Of a DNA stretch of 64,000 nucleotides, positions 8,656-19,069 are shown piece by piece. The stretch lies in sequence record NC_042116.1, one strand, 5' to 3'. The position numbers and the translations under genes were made by a program. Below the pieces are notes generated by a model. The model worked only from the letters and a program-made list of their open reading frames with translations. It was not told the DNA's origin and made no database searches. Numbering within the stretch: the stretch's first letter is position 1; each line of letters begins with the position of its first letter.

Positions 8656-11600
8656 TTATGGTCTTTGTGCAATGAACACATCATATTTAGAACCAATACC
8701 ACAATAAACTACTTGACAAATGCTTACTGCATTAGCAGCAGTATTAACTTCACCACCAATGATAGAGTAAGTATTATCCCAAGTTACTGCGTGTCCACCA
8801 GTTGCGTCTTGTGTTACATAAATGAACCAAGAACCTGCACCATTCACACCAGTAATTGGTTGAATAGAAGTATTTGCAGTTACTGAAACGTTATAAACGT
8901 TTGAAGTTCCATCTGGTGTCCATGTAGAAGTACTGATAGATTCAGCAGCATGTTGTGCTACAAAATATGTTCCAGTTTTGAATGAAGTAGTTACCAATGA
9001 AGATAAGTTAGCATTCAAAGTACCAGTAACGGTTAAGTTATTAACTGTAGTCAAACCAGTAACACCTAAAGTACCTGATAAAGTAGTATTTCCAGTAACA
9101 CCTAGAGTACCAGAAGCAGTAATATTAGTTGCAGAAACAGCAGCTAATGTACTTGCACCTGATGCACTTAATGTACCAGTAATTGCATGATTACCAGAGT
9201 TTAGACCTGCTAAAGTAGTTAATCCAGTTACACCAAATGTACCAGAGACTGTTGCACTACCATTAATTGAAGCATTACCAGTAATTCTACCAGTTGAACC
9301 TAACACTAAGGCAGCAGCACCACCAATATGAACATCACCAGTTGTTGTAGTAATACTTTTTACAGTAATATCTGAAGTACTTTGGTCTAATGTACCTATA
9401 ATTAATCCAGTAACAGTGAAGTTACCAGTAGTAGTTACATTACCATTAACTTGTAAGTTATTATTAGTACTACCACTTGCACCAATTATTGCTGTTGCAG
9501 CAGTTAATGAAGTTCCTATAGTAGCTGAACCAGTAGATGATATATTACCACTAGCAGTTACGTTACGTGGTGAAATATCACGTGAAGTTAAATCAATCTG
9601 TGCATTAATAACACCAGTTACATCCAAGTCACCAGTAATTGTGGTGTTACCAAATACATTCAACGCTTTATCAGCAACTGGAGTACCAGTACCTACTTGT
9701 AATAATTGAATTTTAGAAGTTCCAACACCATTAACAGTTAATGTACCAGTTAATGTACTGTTTCCAGTAACACCTAGAGTACCAGAAGCAGTAATATTAG
9801 TTGCAGAAACAGCAGCTAATGTACTTGCACCTGATGCACTTAATGTACCAGTAATTGCATGATTACCAGAGTTTAGACCTGCAAGAGTTGTTAAACCTGT
9901 TACACCTAAAGTAGTACCTACAGATACTGCACCAGTAGTAGTTACAGAAGCCACATTTAATGCTGCTGCTCCTAAGTTTAATCCACCAGTTGGTGTTAAT
10001 GTACCATTAACTGTTACATTATTAGCAAATGTACTTGTTGCGTTAACAGTTAGAGTATCAGTACTTGCATCACCTATTGTAGTATTACCATTAGCAGTTA
10101 ATGCACCAGTTATGGTTGCAGATGCTAATGTTGCTAAACCAGAAGTACCCAAAGTACCCAAAGTACTTGTACCAGTAACACTTAATGTTGTAGTAACAGA
10201 AGCACTGTTTAAAGTTGCTAAACCAGAAGTACTTAATGTACTTAATGTACTTGTACCAGTAACATTTAATGTACCAGAAACTTTAGGAGATCCAGTAATA
10301 TTACCAGTAGTTAATACTAAGTTAGTTCCTACTGTTGTAGTACCTGAACTTTCTAATGAAGCAGCTACTAAATTAGTGGCACTTAAATCAAACACACCAT
10401 CAACTGTTAAATCACCTTCAATATGAGCATTGCCAGAAGATGTAATAGCAGCTACTGTTACGTTAGCAGTACTTAAATCTACAGAACCTGGTGTTAATGT
10501 ACCTGAAACTGTTAAATTACCAGTTATTGAAGTATTTTTTATAATTGCTACAGTAGCATTTGCACTAGTAATATTACCATTTAGAGTTGTAACACCAGAT
10601 ACAGTTGCAGAGCTTGCGGTTAATCCAGCTAAAGTAGTTGCACCAGTAACACCTAATGTTCCACTAGCAGTAACACCAGCTAATGCACTTACACCAGTAA
10701 CAGAAAGACTTGTTACATTTGCTGTTCCGATTGTAGCAGTTGTTGAACCTAAAATTGGAAGAGTTGAAGCTTCAGTTGCAGTTATTGATTTAACAGCTAC
10801 ATCAGATGCACTTAAATCAAACGTACCATCAACTACTAAATCGCCACCAACATTAACATTTCCAGTAGTAGTTAACGATACTGAAGTTATATTTGCTGAA
10901 CTTAAATCTAAACCACCAGCAGGAGTAAACACACCAGTTACAGTTAAAGCTTTATCCATAGTTACATTATCTGCAAAATGAATAGTACCGTCTGCTGGGC
11001 TTGAACTAATTATTCCAGATACAGTTACGTCAGCTAAATTCATTGTACTAGTAACACTTAATGTTCCAGCAGTTAAACTTGTAATATCAGCAGAGCTAGC
11101 TGCAACTGAGAATGGAGAAATTTCTTGTCCATTAACAATTTTATGAACATTAGCACCATATAAATTACCATTAACTGTTAAATTACCAGTGGTTGAAACT
11201 GGATTCTCAAAGTTAGTATTAGCTGAAACAGTTAAAATACCAGATGTTGTTTTAACATCTAATGTATCTGTTTTTAATATAGTACCAACAGTTATTCCTT
11301 CAGTACTTACTACTGATTTTGGAGCAATATCTAAACCATCAACATTAGCTTCAGCAGTAACACCAGTTGTTGTTCCAGTAACTATTAAATCTTTGATTGT
11401 TGCGGTTTCAGTAACTGTTGCATTACTAAAAGTACTCAATCCTTCAATATCAAGTGTTCCAGAAACATTTAGATTTTCCAGTTGGCTTGTACCAGATGAA
11501 TTAATTCCAACAAAATTACTTGGACCAGTTGCTGTAATGGTAGTTGCATTTAGTGAACCAGTACCTATAATTCCTGCGGTAACACCAGAATTAAAGGTTA

Positions 11601-13293
11601 CGCCACCATCAAATACTGCATCTTGTGATGCTGTGAAGATTCCACCAACTGTTACATCACCAGTACTTTCTATTGTTGCAGGTTTAATATCTAAACCGTC
11701 AACATTAGCTTCAACAGTAACACCAGTTGTTGTTCCAGTAACTATTAAATCTTTGATTGTAGTTGTTTGACCATTGACAGTAACATTACCAGTAAATGTA
11801 CTTGAACCAGTAACACCTAAAGTACCACTTAATGTAGTATTTCCAGTAACACCTAATGTTGTTCCAACAGTTGTTCCAGCAGTACTATGTAAAGTTGCAG
11901 CTTCAATATTAGCAGTTGCGGTAACACTATTTGGTGTAATATCTTGACCAGCTACATCAGCAGAAATACCAGTTGTTGTTCCAGTAACTACTAAATTGTT
12001 AACAGTTGTGGTAGCACCTAAAGTACTTGAACCAGCTACAGTTAATTGTGGTCTAGAAGTTCCGGTAGTACTATTACCGACAATATCCAAATAATCAATA
12101 CTTGATTTACCTTTAGAGGTTAAACCGTAATCGGCAAATGTTACATCACCAAAAGTACCACGTGAAATGGTTGATTTTTGTCCTTGGAATTCGCTAGAAC
12201 TTATTTTATATGGTTCAATAGCTGATTTAATATCGGAAGGACGTGCTGGGTCATTATAGTTAAATTGAATGATACCAGAAGCACCAGCCACATTATAAGT
12301 TTGTAAAGTAGCTGAGCTTGTTGTTCCTGTTAAGTTACCATTTAAAACAACGCTGTTTAAAGTACTTTGACCAGTAACTGTAATGGTTGTGAAATTACCG
12401 TTTGTAATAGAATAATCACCACTTAGTGTACCATTTATAACTACATCTTCAAATGTAGCAGTAGTTCCAGTACCCATTGATAGATTACTATTTAAATTTG
12501 TACTTCCTTCAACAACTAAACTTTCCAATGTGGTTTCGCCAGTAGCGTGTAAATCACCTTGAATATCGGTTGTTGATTTTATTGTTAAAGTATCAGATGA
12601 ATCTGAGCCAATTGCTACATTATTATTAAAATTAGAGGTAGAATTAACAGTTAGAATATCAGTACTTAAATCACCAATAGTTACGTTATTTTTGAAATCA
12701 GCGGTTGAATTAACAATCAAAGAATCAGTACTTGCGTCACCAATGGTTACATTATTATTTAAATTGGTATTTGAATTAACTGCTAGTACATCAGCAGAAG
12801 TTTCACCAATCGTTACATTATTTTTGAAATCTGTAGTAGAATTCACAGTCAATGTATCAGCAGCAGCATCACCAACAATAACATTGTTGTTAAAAGTAGC
12901 TGGAGCAACAAATGTTGAAGTTGCATTAACAGTTAGTGTATCTGTACTAGCATTTCCTATTACAGTGTTTCCTTCAATTGATACATCACTATGTGCAGTG
13001 ATTGGAGCATTAAAAGATGAGGTTCCATTTACAGTAACAGTATTGGTATCGGAATTACCAATTGTGGTGTTACCAGAAATTGTAACGTCTTTTAGTGCAG
13101 CAGTACCAGTAGAGTTAACATCAGCAAGGTTTGATGGACCAGTGATCGTGATCTGTGTAAATGTCGCCTCTGCAAAAGTAATCGTACCATTTACAGTAAG
13201 ATTATTTGCAACGACTGCATTACCATTAACCAAAAGATCTTTAGAAATCGTTTGATTACCAGATACATCAAGATCAGTCTTTATAGAATACAT
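8656..13293 (-). CDS. Long repetitive fibre protein (beta-helix-like repeats)
   Basis: 1545 aa, extremely T/G/V/S-rich, 22-aa tandem repeats, internal DNA duplications. Confidence 0.8.
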   Translation of the reverse strand: MYSIKTDLDVSGNQTISKDLLVNGNAVVANNLTVNGTITFAEATFTQITITGPSNLADVNSTGTAALKDVTISGNTTIGNSDTNTVTVNGTSSFNAPITAHSDVSIEGNTVIGNASTDTLTVNATSTFVAPATFNNNVIVGDAAADTLTVNSTTDFKNNVTIGETSADVLAVNSNTNLNNNVTIGDASTDSLIVNSTADFKNNVTIGDLSTDILTVNSTSNFNNNVAIGSDSSDTLTIKSTTDIQGDLHATGETTLESLVVEGSTNLNSNLSMGTGTTATFEDVVINGTLSGDYSITNGNFTTITVTGQSTLNSVVLNGNLTGTTSSATLQTYNVAGASGIIQFNYNDPARPSDIKSAIEPYKISSSEFQGQKSTISRGTFGDVTFADYGLTSKGKSSIDYLDIVGNSTTGTSRPQLTVAGSSTLGATTTVNNLVVTGTTTGISADVAGQDITPNSVTATANIEAATLHSTAGTTVGTTLGVTGNTTLSGTLGVTGSSTFTGNVTVNGQTTTIKDLIVTGTTTGVTVEANVDGLDIKPATIESTGDVTVGGIFTASQDAVFDGGVTFNSGVTAGIIGTGSLNATTITATGPSNFVGINSSGTSQLENLNVSGTLDIEGLSTFSNATVTETATIKDLIVTGTTTGVTAEANVDGLDIAPKSVVSTEGITVGTILKTDTLDVKTTSGILTVSANTNFENPVSTTGNLTVNGNLYGANVHKIVNGQEISPFSVAASSADITSLTAGTLSVTSTMNLADVTVSGIISSSPADGTIHFADNVTMDKALTVTGVFTPAGGLDLSSANITSVSLTTTGNVNVGGDLVVDGTFDLSASDVAVKSITATEASTLPILGSTTATIGTANVTSLSVTGVSALAGVTASGTLGVTGATTLAGLTASSATVSGVTTLNGNITSANATVAIIKNTSITGNLTVSGTLTPGSVDLSTANVTVAAITSSGNAHIEGDLTVDGVFDLSATNLVAASLESSGTTTVGTNLVLTTGNITGSPKVSGTLNVTGTSTLSTLSTSGLATLNSASVTTTLSVTGTSTLGTLGTSGLATLASATITGALTANGNTTIGDASTDTLTVNATSTFANNVTVNGTLTPTGGLNLGAAALNVASVTTTGAVSVGTTLGVTGLTTLAGLNSGNHAITGTLSASGASTLAAVSATNITASGTLGVTGNSTLTGTLTVNGVGTSKIQLLQVGTGTPVADKALNVFGNTTITGDLDVTGVINAQIDLTSRDISPRNVTASGNISSTGSATIGTSLTAATAIIGASGSTNNNLQVNGNVTTTGNFTVTGLIIGTLDQSTSDITVKSITTTTGDVHIGGAAALVLGSTGRITGNASINGSATVSGTFGVTGLTTLAGLNSGNHAITGTLSASGASTLAAVSATNITASGTLGVTGNTTLSGTLGVTGLTTVNNLTVTGTLNANLSSLVTTSFKTGTYFVAQHAAESISTSTWTPDGTSNVYNVSVTANTSIQPITGVNGAGSWFIYVTQDATGGHAVTWDNTYSIIGGEVNTAANAVSICQVVYCGIGSKYDVFIAQRP
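9089..9882. repeat. Exact 122-bp direct repeat (9089-9210 and 9761-9882)
   Basis: Base-by-base identity, offset 672 bp (in frame). Confidence 0.9.
11326..11760. repeat. 75-bp near-identical direct repeat (11326-11400 and 11686-11760)
   Basis: Two mismatches, offset 360 bp; encodes TIKDLIVTGTTTGVTxEANVDGLDI. Confidence 0.85.
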
Positions 13294-13354
13294 ATATGTA
13301 ATCCCTCCGTTGGATTTAATTATGGAAAAACTTATCCCAAATCATTATTTCAAG

Positions 13355-13362
13355 TATTTATG
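13355..13362 (-). promoter_or_regulatory. Late-like promoter CATAAATA
   Basis: Upstream of the 13293 start. Confidence 0.55.
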
Positions 13363-13396
13363 ACTATACTATATAATGACAATACATTATAATAAA

Positions 13397-13426
13397 AAAA
13401 ATCCAGAAACTGATTTCTGGATTTTT
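13397..13426 (-). terminator. Intrinsic terminator
   Basis: AAAAATCCAGAAA-CTGA-TTTCTGGATTTTT. Confidence 0.7.
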
Positions 13427-13433
13427 ATTTTAT

Positions 13434-14294
13434 TTATTTACCACTTAAAACAACTTTACCACTGAAGGTTACATTAGTTTTAAGAGTTACATTACCAGAA
13501 CTATCAATTGCAGTTTCAACTGCAACTAAAGAATATGGTGAAGTACTTGTTGCAGAATCAACAGTATTTTGATATACTGTTATAAAAATTGCACCAGGAG
13601 CTTGACCATGAACTGATTGTGGAATAGATAATGCGAATTCACTACCAGATGTTGTCCAATCTGATTTATTAATCAATTGGCTATACGGCGTGGTCATATT
13701 AGTTTCTCCTATAATTACTACGTTGACATTTGATGTTGGGACTGTGCCAACAGATACTGTAATATTACCCGAACTATCTACTACTACATCAGCATTTTCT
13801 ACTGAACCATTTGTACCTTGTAATTGAATCATAATATTATTACCACGACCGTGCTCAGTTGCAGGTAATGTATAAACATAGTTTGACCCAACTTGTGTAA
13901 ATTCTGCTGGTGTAGCAGAAATTGTGGTTACATATGGTGTATCCGTTGTTTGTGAATTAAAAGGTTTCCAGATTCCTAAATCTTTTACATATATTTGTAA
14001 TATGTTAGTTGCGTCAACCTTATAATATACATCACCGTCTACGCCTAAGCTTGGGTCTGGATCTGTAGTTCCACGTAATGCTGAACCTGATCCACCTCCA
14101 CTATGTGCATTAAAATATGCTAGAGTAACTAGGTGTGTACCGTCAGATGGGTCTGCCGCACTGATTGGAATAAGATTTGTTCCTTGATAGTTATATGCTT
14201 TAACTGCACCATTTTCATATGCTAGTTTTGAACCATTTTTACCAAGGATAAAAGTCTTTTTCATGGTTCCTTCTAAATTAGAAAAAACTGCCAT
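13434..14294 (-). CDS. Putative virion structural protein
   Basis: 286 aa; GTTDPDPSLGVDGDVYY fibre-type module; late promoter upstream. Confidence 0.6.
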   Translation of the reverse strand: MAVFSNLEGTMKKTFILGKNGSKLAYENGAVKAYNYQGTNLIPISAADPSDGTHLVTLAYFNAHSGGGSGSALRGTTDPDPSLGVDGDVYYKVDATNILQIYVKDLGIWKPFNSQTTDTPYVTTISATPAEFTQVGSNYVYTLPATEHGRGNNIMIQLQGTNGSVENADVVVDSSGNITVSVGTVPTSNVNVVIIGETNMTTPYSQLINKSDWTTSGSEFALSIPQSVHGQAPGAIFITVYQNTVDSATSTSPYSLVAVETAIDSSGNVTLKTNVTFSGKVVLSGK

Positions 14295-14326
14295 CGATAC
14301 TTTCTCCTAAGAATGTTTGTTTCTTG

Positions 14327-14334
14327 TATTTATG
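14327..14334 (-). promoter_or_regulatory. Late-like promoter CATAAATA
   Basis: Upstream of the 14294 start, after the terminator hairpin at 14349-14366. Confidence 0.55.
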
Positions 14335-14372
14335 AACCCTATAAAAAAGGGAGAATAGTTTCTCCCAATTTT

Positions 14373-15491
14373 TTAGATATTGTCTTCAATTGGTGTAATT
14401 GGAAGCTGTTTAGCTATAGTTACAATAATTGTCATTAGTCCAGTACTGCTATTGTTTACAGATTCGTTGAAGATACAAGAAATTATTTCTTCAACTGTAC
14501 TAACTTCGTGATTAACTTCGTTAACTATATAACGATTAGCAATATTAATATCAAAATAATCTGCTGGTGCAATGATAGTACCACCAATTTCAGATTGTGC
14601 GGTTCCACCAAAACGTACTTCTAAATCAGTAACTGGTGCATTGTATGCAGTACTAATATCAACTTCAATATTAGTTACCAAATATCCTGCTGGACACTTA
14701 CCAATTACAAGTAATGCGTTTTCGTATGAAGTATCAATAACATTTTTAATTGCATAAATGTTATTTGCATCAGAACCAGCAGGTCCAGGATCACCATCGT
14801 CCCCTTTTAGTCCTTGTGGACCACGGAATAAAATTCCAGGACTCCAAGATTTTTGACCATTAGATGCTTCAATTACATAATATAAAAAACCAGTTTCTGT
14901 ATTATAGAAAGTATATCCAGGATCTAAATTTGTAATTGTTGGGAAAGTATCTCCCTGTGAATTAATTATAAATTGTCCTTGAAGTCCTCTATCACCTTTA
15001 AATTGATAAGGTCCATTCCATACTGTATTATCTAAATCATATATCCAAATTGTACCATCAGTTGTTTTATAGAATGTATAGTTATCAACCAATCCAGTTG
15101 TTGGGAAAGTAGTTCCTGAAGAATCAATAGTAAATGATTTTCCAGCAATACCTTGTTGTCCTTGTCCAAAAGGTGCACTTATCCAAGTTGAAGTAGGTTG
15201 ATTAGCATCATTAGTTTTAAAATATAAAGATACTGGATCAGTTAAACTTAGATATGTCCAACCTTGAGGTTTATCAGTATTAAAAGATGAGTTTGGAACT
15301 ACAAAACCGATTTCGTTAGGATAAAAGTTTGTTCCATCAGCACCATTTTGACCAACCACAAGACCCAAATCTTCAATAGTATTATCATCATATGTTACTA
15401 TTAAATGTCCTGCATTATTAATAACTAAATTCTTAATACCTGAGCAATTTGAGCAGGATGATGAAGACCCATTATTAAATGAAATTGTCAT
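14373..15491 (-). CDS. Collagen-like repeat structural protein
   Basis: Gly-X-Y runs (GPQGLKGDDGDPGPAGSD, GDRGLQG, GQQGIAG) separating three small repeated domains. Confidence 0.7.
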   Translation of the reverse strand: MTISFNNGSSSSCSNCSGIKNLVINNAGHLIVTYDDNTIEDLGLVVGQNGADGTNFYPNEIGFVVPNSSFNTDKPQGWTYLSLTDPVSLYFKTNDANQPTSTWISAPFGQGQQGIAGKSFTIDSSGTTFPTTGLVDNYTFYKTTDGTIWIYDLDNTVWNGPYQFKGDRGLQGQFIINSQGDTFPTITNLDPGYTFYNTETGFLYYVIEASNGQKSWSPGILFRGPQGLKGDDGDPGPAGSDANNIYAIKNVIDTSYENALLVIGKCPAGYLVTNIEVDISTAYNAPVTDLEVRFGGTAQSEIGGTIIAPADYFDINIANRYIVNEVNHEVSTVEEIISCIFNESVNNSSTGLMTIIVTIAKQLPITPIEDNI

Positions 15492-15525
15492 AGTTCATTC
15501 CTTTTTTGTTATGCCATATTACCAA

Positions 15526-15564
15526 TATTTATCCTCTAATTTTACAATCACGGTACTATAAATA
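15526..15564. promoter_or_regulatory. Divergent late-like promoters: GATAAATA (-, 15526-15533) and TATAAATA (+, 15557-15564)
   Basis: Between divergent genes starting at 15491 and 15597. Confidence 0.65.
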
Positions 15565-15596
15565 AGATAAAGTTCATTATAGAGGACTATAAGACT

Positions 15597-16094
15597 ATGG
15601 CTTTAAGATCAAAGAATTTTCTTTTTAGAAGAATAGGAAAAGATGGAAGAGAAATGGATTTTCAAGATAGTGATTCATGGTATAATACCAATAATGATTA
15701 TCATTGGAATGAAGTCTCATTACCATTAGCTGCTGGTGGATACTATGGAAGTACTACTGGTTTACATACACTTGCATTTACATTACGTAATTTCATTGGA
15801 AGAATTTATGTAGAAGCAACTTTAGCAAGTGAACCTACCGCAATTGATTGGTTTCCAATCAAATTCGAAGAAAGTTGCAAATTTTATCTAGAATTTACCG
15901 ATACAAAAATTTACAACCCTGATTCAGAACAAACCATTTATCAACATGGCGTAACTGGAACATTTGCAGAAAATGTTATCGGAAACTTTACATATTTGCG
16001 TGTCGGAATTCAACGTGATTATATCGCAGTTGAACCATCATTGCTTCAAAAGCAAATGGCAGGTAAATTAGAAGAAATACAAATAAACTACTAA
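15597..16094 (+). CDS. Putative virion structural protein
   Basis: 165-aa ORF, GAGG RBS, perfect late promoter upstream. Confidence 0.6.
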   Translation: MALRSKNFLFRRIGKDGREMDFQDSDSWYNTNNDYHWNEVSLPLAAGGYYGSTTGLHTLAFTLRNFIGRIYVEATLASEPTAIDWFPIKFEESCKFYLEFTDTKIYNPDSEQTIYQHGVTGTFAENVIGNFTYLRVGIQRDYIAVEPSLLQKQMAGKLEEIQINY

Positions 16095-16104
16095 GGGATT
16101 AGAA

Positions 16105-16713
16105 ATGAATAACAAAATCGAAATACCAAGACTATTTGTTAAAGGACATGTGCTAATCACTGATATTACTGACCCTGATAATGTATCAATAGTTGTGGAT
16201 AAATCAAACGCAATCCATCCTGAAAATATGAGTCAGGCAATTGCAAATTCATTAGCAGCAAATATGGATTCATTAGGTATTAGTTTAGGTGCAATCTCTG
16301 AAATGAGATTTGGTAATGGCGGTACTGTTGTTCTTAGTACTGGTCGCGTTACTTATAAAACTCCACGTATTAGTTCTTTTGGTGGATTATACTCTGAAAC
16401 TTATTCTAAAAAAATTAATGCTAATGTTAATGCTGGAGTAGAATCAGAATATAATAATGTAACAACAGTACATATTCCAGGTCAAGTTTATACTGATATA
16501 GTATGTTTGTGTACTTTAGGATTGGGTGAACCATCTGACCAAAATGTTAGTAGTACTACTGATATGGAAGGGAACTATGTATTTGATGAATTGGGCTTGT
16601 ATACTGATGGAAATTCAGGAATGGCATTATCACATATTATATTCCATCCAGTTGAAAAAAGTGCAAACAGAATATTACAAATAAAATATACCGTTCGTGT
16701 TCAGTTGCAATAA
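16105..16713 (+). CDS. Putative virion (tail/baseplate-associated) protein
   Basis: FDELGL...FHPVEKSANR...YTVRVQ pattern recalled from large-phage structural proteins; co-operonic. Confidence 0.55.
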   Translation: MNNKIEIPRLFVKGHVLITDITDPDNVSIVVDKSNAIHPENMSQAIANSLAANMDSLGISLGAISEMRFGNGGTVVLSTGRVTYKTPRISSFGGLYSETYSKKINANVNAGVESEYNNVTTVHIPGQVYTDIVCLCTLGLGEPSDQNVSSTTDMEGNYVFDELGLYTDGNSGMALSHIIFHPVEKSANRILQIKYTVRVQLQ

Positions 16714-16723
16714 GGAGATATAA

Positions 16724-17830
16724 ATGATAAACTATATTATTAAACGTAGTAATGGTAAAATTTATGCCTCTATTCCAAATAACGTCATTCTCGGCCCAAA
16801 TCAACCAAACCAAAATCCAGTACCAATTAATTTAGTTGGTCGAGATAAAGTAGGATATGGTCAAGCCTTAAATGAAAACTTTCTTTGGATGACAGAACAT
16901 TTCTCTGGACAAATAGCACCTAAAGGTTCTGTTCCAGGGCAAATTTGGTATAAAAATACATCCGGTACTGGTGAACTTCTAATTTCTTTAGTTGATTCAG
17001 CAAGACAACCAGATAATACCAATCCAGATACTGAATTGGATTGGGCTAGTATTCCAATGATTACATTATTCAATACAGTACCGGATGGTGATACCTCTGT
17101 TATGGGTAGAATGGTACTAACAAATAATGGTGATTCATTAAAAGTACTAATGAAAAATAAAGAATGGCGGGAAATACAAACGACTAGACCTGTTAATAAA
17201 CAATTTGAATCATTATTGGATATTAATTACGACACTGGTGTAAAATATATTGCATTCACCCAATCAACTTCAACAAAAACTATTGCATATTTTAACTTAG
17301 GTGGTGCATCAATAACAGATGCTAATGGATGGGTAACTTTCCAAAATGGTGAAAGTGTATTACAATTCGGATCAAACTATTTTTATGAATTAAGAATAAT
17401 GGGTCGTCAAGTAAATTTAGATACAGAAGGTAATGTAGTTGCATTTCCTAGTGTATATACAACTTGGATGATTAAAGGTTCATTTTACGTAGATAATATT
17501 GGTACAATTGTTCCAGGAGTAACTACAGCGAGTCAAATACCAGATCCACGAAGAATAAACACACTTACTCAAATAGTTGATACTATAGATAGTATTGATC
17601 AATCATGGGGAATAAATGTTGTTATCAATGGTGCAGATCCAACATTACCAAATCCTAATGGTATTACCAAAACAGATTATAATAACTATGTAACGGCTGC
17701 ATTGAATAGTCCAAAGCATTTGGGATTTAGAATAGATGGAAATATTAATGGATTAAGTACTGGACAAACAACACTAACCCAATGGTCAGTGTTGCTTCAG
17801 TTGACAGGTATACCACCTGTGGGGGTCTAA
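16724..17830 (+). CDS. Putative virion structural protein
   Basis: 368 aa; GYGQALNENFLWMTEHF...PGQIWY N-terminus resembles fibre/baseplate anchors. Confidence 0.55.
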   Translation: MINYIIKRSNGKIYASIPNNVILGPNQPNQNPVPINLVGRDKVGYGQALNENFLWMTEHFSGQIAPKGSVPGQIWYKNTSGTGELLISLVDSARQPDNTNPDTELDWASIPMITLFNTVPDGDTSVMGRMVLTNNGDSLKVLMKNKEWREIQTTRPVNKQFESLLDINYDTGVKYIAFTQSTSTKTIAYFNLGGASITDANGWVTFQNGESVLQFGSNYFYELRIMGRQVNLDTEGNVVAFPSVYTTWMIKGSFYVDNIGTIVPGVTTASQIPDPRRINTLTQIVDTIDSIDQSWGINVVINGADPTLPNPNGITKTDYNNYVTAALNSPKHLGFRIDGNINGLSTGQTTLTQWSVLLQLTGIPPVGV

Positions 17831-17844
17831 TGGTAGGGTGATTT

Positions 17845-17890
17845 AATAAATAGAATGGTAGAGAGTTTATATTCTCTATCATTTTTTTTT
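17845..17890 (+). terminator. Terminator hairpin (17855-17882 plus T8) immediately after late-like AATAAATA (17845-17852)
   Basis: ATGGTAGAGAG/TTCTCTATCAT stem with G-U pairs followed by a T run. Confidence 0.65.
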
Positions 17891-17914
17891 AATTAAACTG
17901 AAAAGGAACTTCAT

Positions 17915-19069
17915 ATGAAAATAACATTAGATTTAGAATGTATACCCAAAAAATATTATAATGGTAAAGAATATTATGATTGGGGGAAATCAATTGGTAT
18001 GAATATAAATTTTACATATTTTGATAATTCGGGAATTTTAAGTATAAAGGGATATAATAGCTCAAAAAGTACATTAATACTAAACTATAAAAATTGTGAT
18101 ATTAAAATTACAACAACACGATTTGTTAATAAACAAATTGATTTTGTAAATTATTTTAAATTCACCAACCCAGAAGTACTGAAATATTTGGTTAATGAAG
18201 AAGATTCTTTAAAATATAAAAAATTATCAAGTAAACAAATAAAAGTTAAATGTGATAAATGTAATACAGTTTTTAATAGAAAGGTATCTGCATTAACATT
18301 AAGAGGGATCAGTTGTAAAAAATGTGGTGATGGTATTTCTTATCCAGAAAAATTTATGCGTTCGTTATTAACACAATTAAAAAAAGATTTTGTACAACAA
18401 AAGAAAGTACGAATAGATGAAAGTAATAGATTTTATGATTTTGCATTAGAAGATGATAAAATTATTATTGAAATGGATGGTGAATTTCATTATACTCATA
18501 AAGAATATGGATTAAGTATTGAAGATACTCAAAAGATAGATGAATCTAAAAATGAATGGGCTATTAATAACGGTTATAAAATAATTAGAATTGATTCACG
18601 CGAATCAAACCTTGAATACTTAAAAGATAAAGTACTTACATCTGAACTATCAAGATTATTGGACATTAATACAGTTGATTGGTCTAACATTGGAATAGAA
18701 TCTGAAACGAAAACAATGATTGAAGTTTGTAAGTACAAGAAAGAAAACCCAAACACATTTATTTCAGAAATATCTAAAAAATATGGAATTGGGATTACTA
18801 CAACAAGTAGATATTTGAAACGTGGAACTGAAATGGGATTATGTTCTTACATTCCACAAGAAGAAAGAAAACGTCAATATAGTGCAATATCTAAGCCATT
18901 AATTGTATTAGACAAAAATGACAATATTGTTGGTGAATTTAATTCTACTGAAGAATGTGTAAAACTATCATATGATAAATTTGGAGTACAATTTTATGCA
19001 TCTAATGTTACAGCAGTACTTAATAATAGAGCAAAAAGTCATAAAAAATATAAATTCAAATTTAAGTAA
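17915..19069 (+). CDS. Free-standing putative homing endonuclease (Zn ribbon, Vsr/DUF559-like nuclease, NUMOD-like tail)
   Basis: CDKC...CKKC; YDFALEDDKIIIEMDGEFHY; C-terminal GEFNSTEEC...VLNNRAKSHKKYKFKF; very AT- and Lys-rich. Confidence 0.75.
   Translation: MKITLDLECIPKKYYNGKEYYDWGKSIGMNINFTYFDNSGILSIKGYNSSKSTLILNYKNCDIKITTTRFVNKQIDFVNYFKFTNPEVLKYLVNEEDSLKYKKLSSKQIKVKCDKCNTVFNRKVSALTLRGISCKKCGDGISYPEKFMRSLLTQLKKDFVQQKKVRIDESNRFYDFALEDDKIIIEMDGEFHYTHKEYGLSIEDTQKIDESKNEWAINNGYKIIRIDSRESNLEYLKDKVLTSELSRLLDINTVDWSNIGIESETKTMIEVCKYKKENPNTFISEISKKYGIGITTTSRYLKRGTEMGLCSYIPQEERKRQYSAISKPLIVLDKNDNIVGEFNSTEECVKLSYDKFGVQFYASNVTAVLNNRAKSHKKYKFKFK

Noticed and set aside
8665-13255. Long + strand ORFs antisense to the 1545-aa fibre (for example 10430-10981, 11189-11770, 12692-13255)
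   Set aside because: Shadows of Thr/Val/Gly-rich repetitive codons; no RBS or promoters, and low-complexity V/P/T translations.
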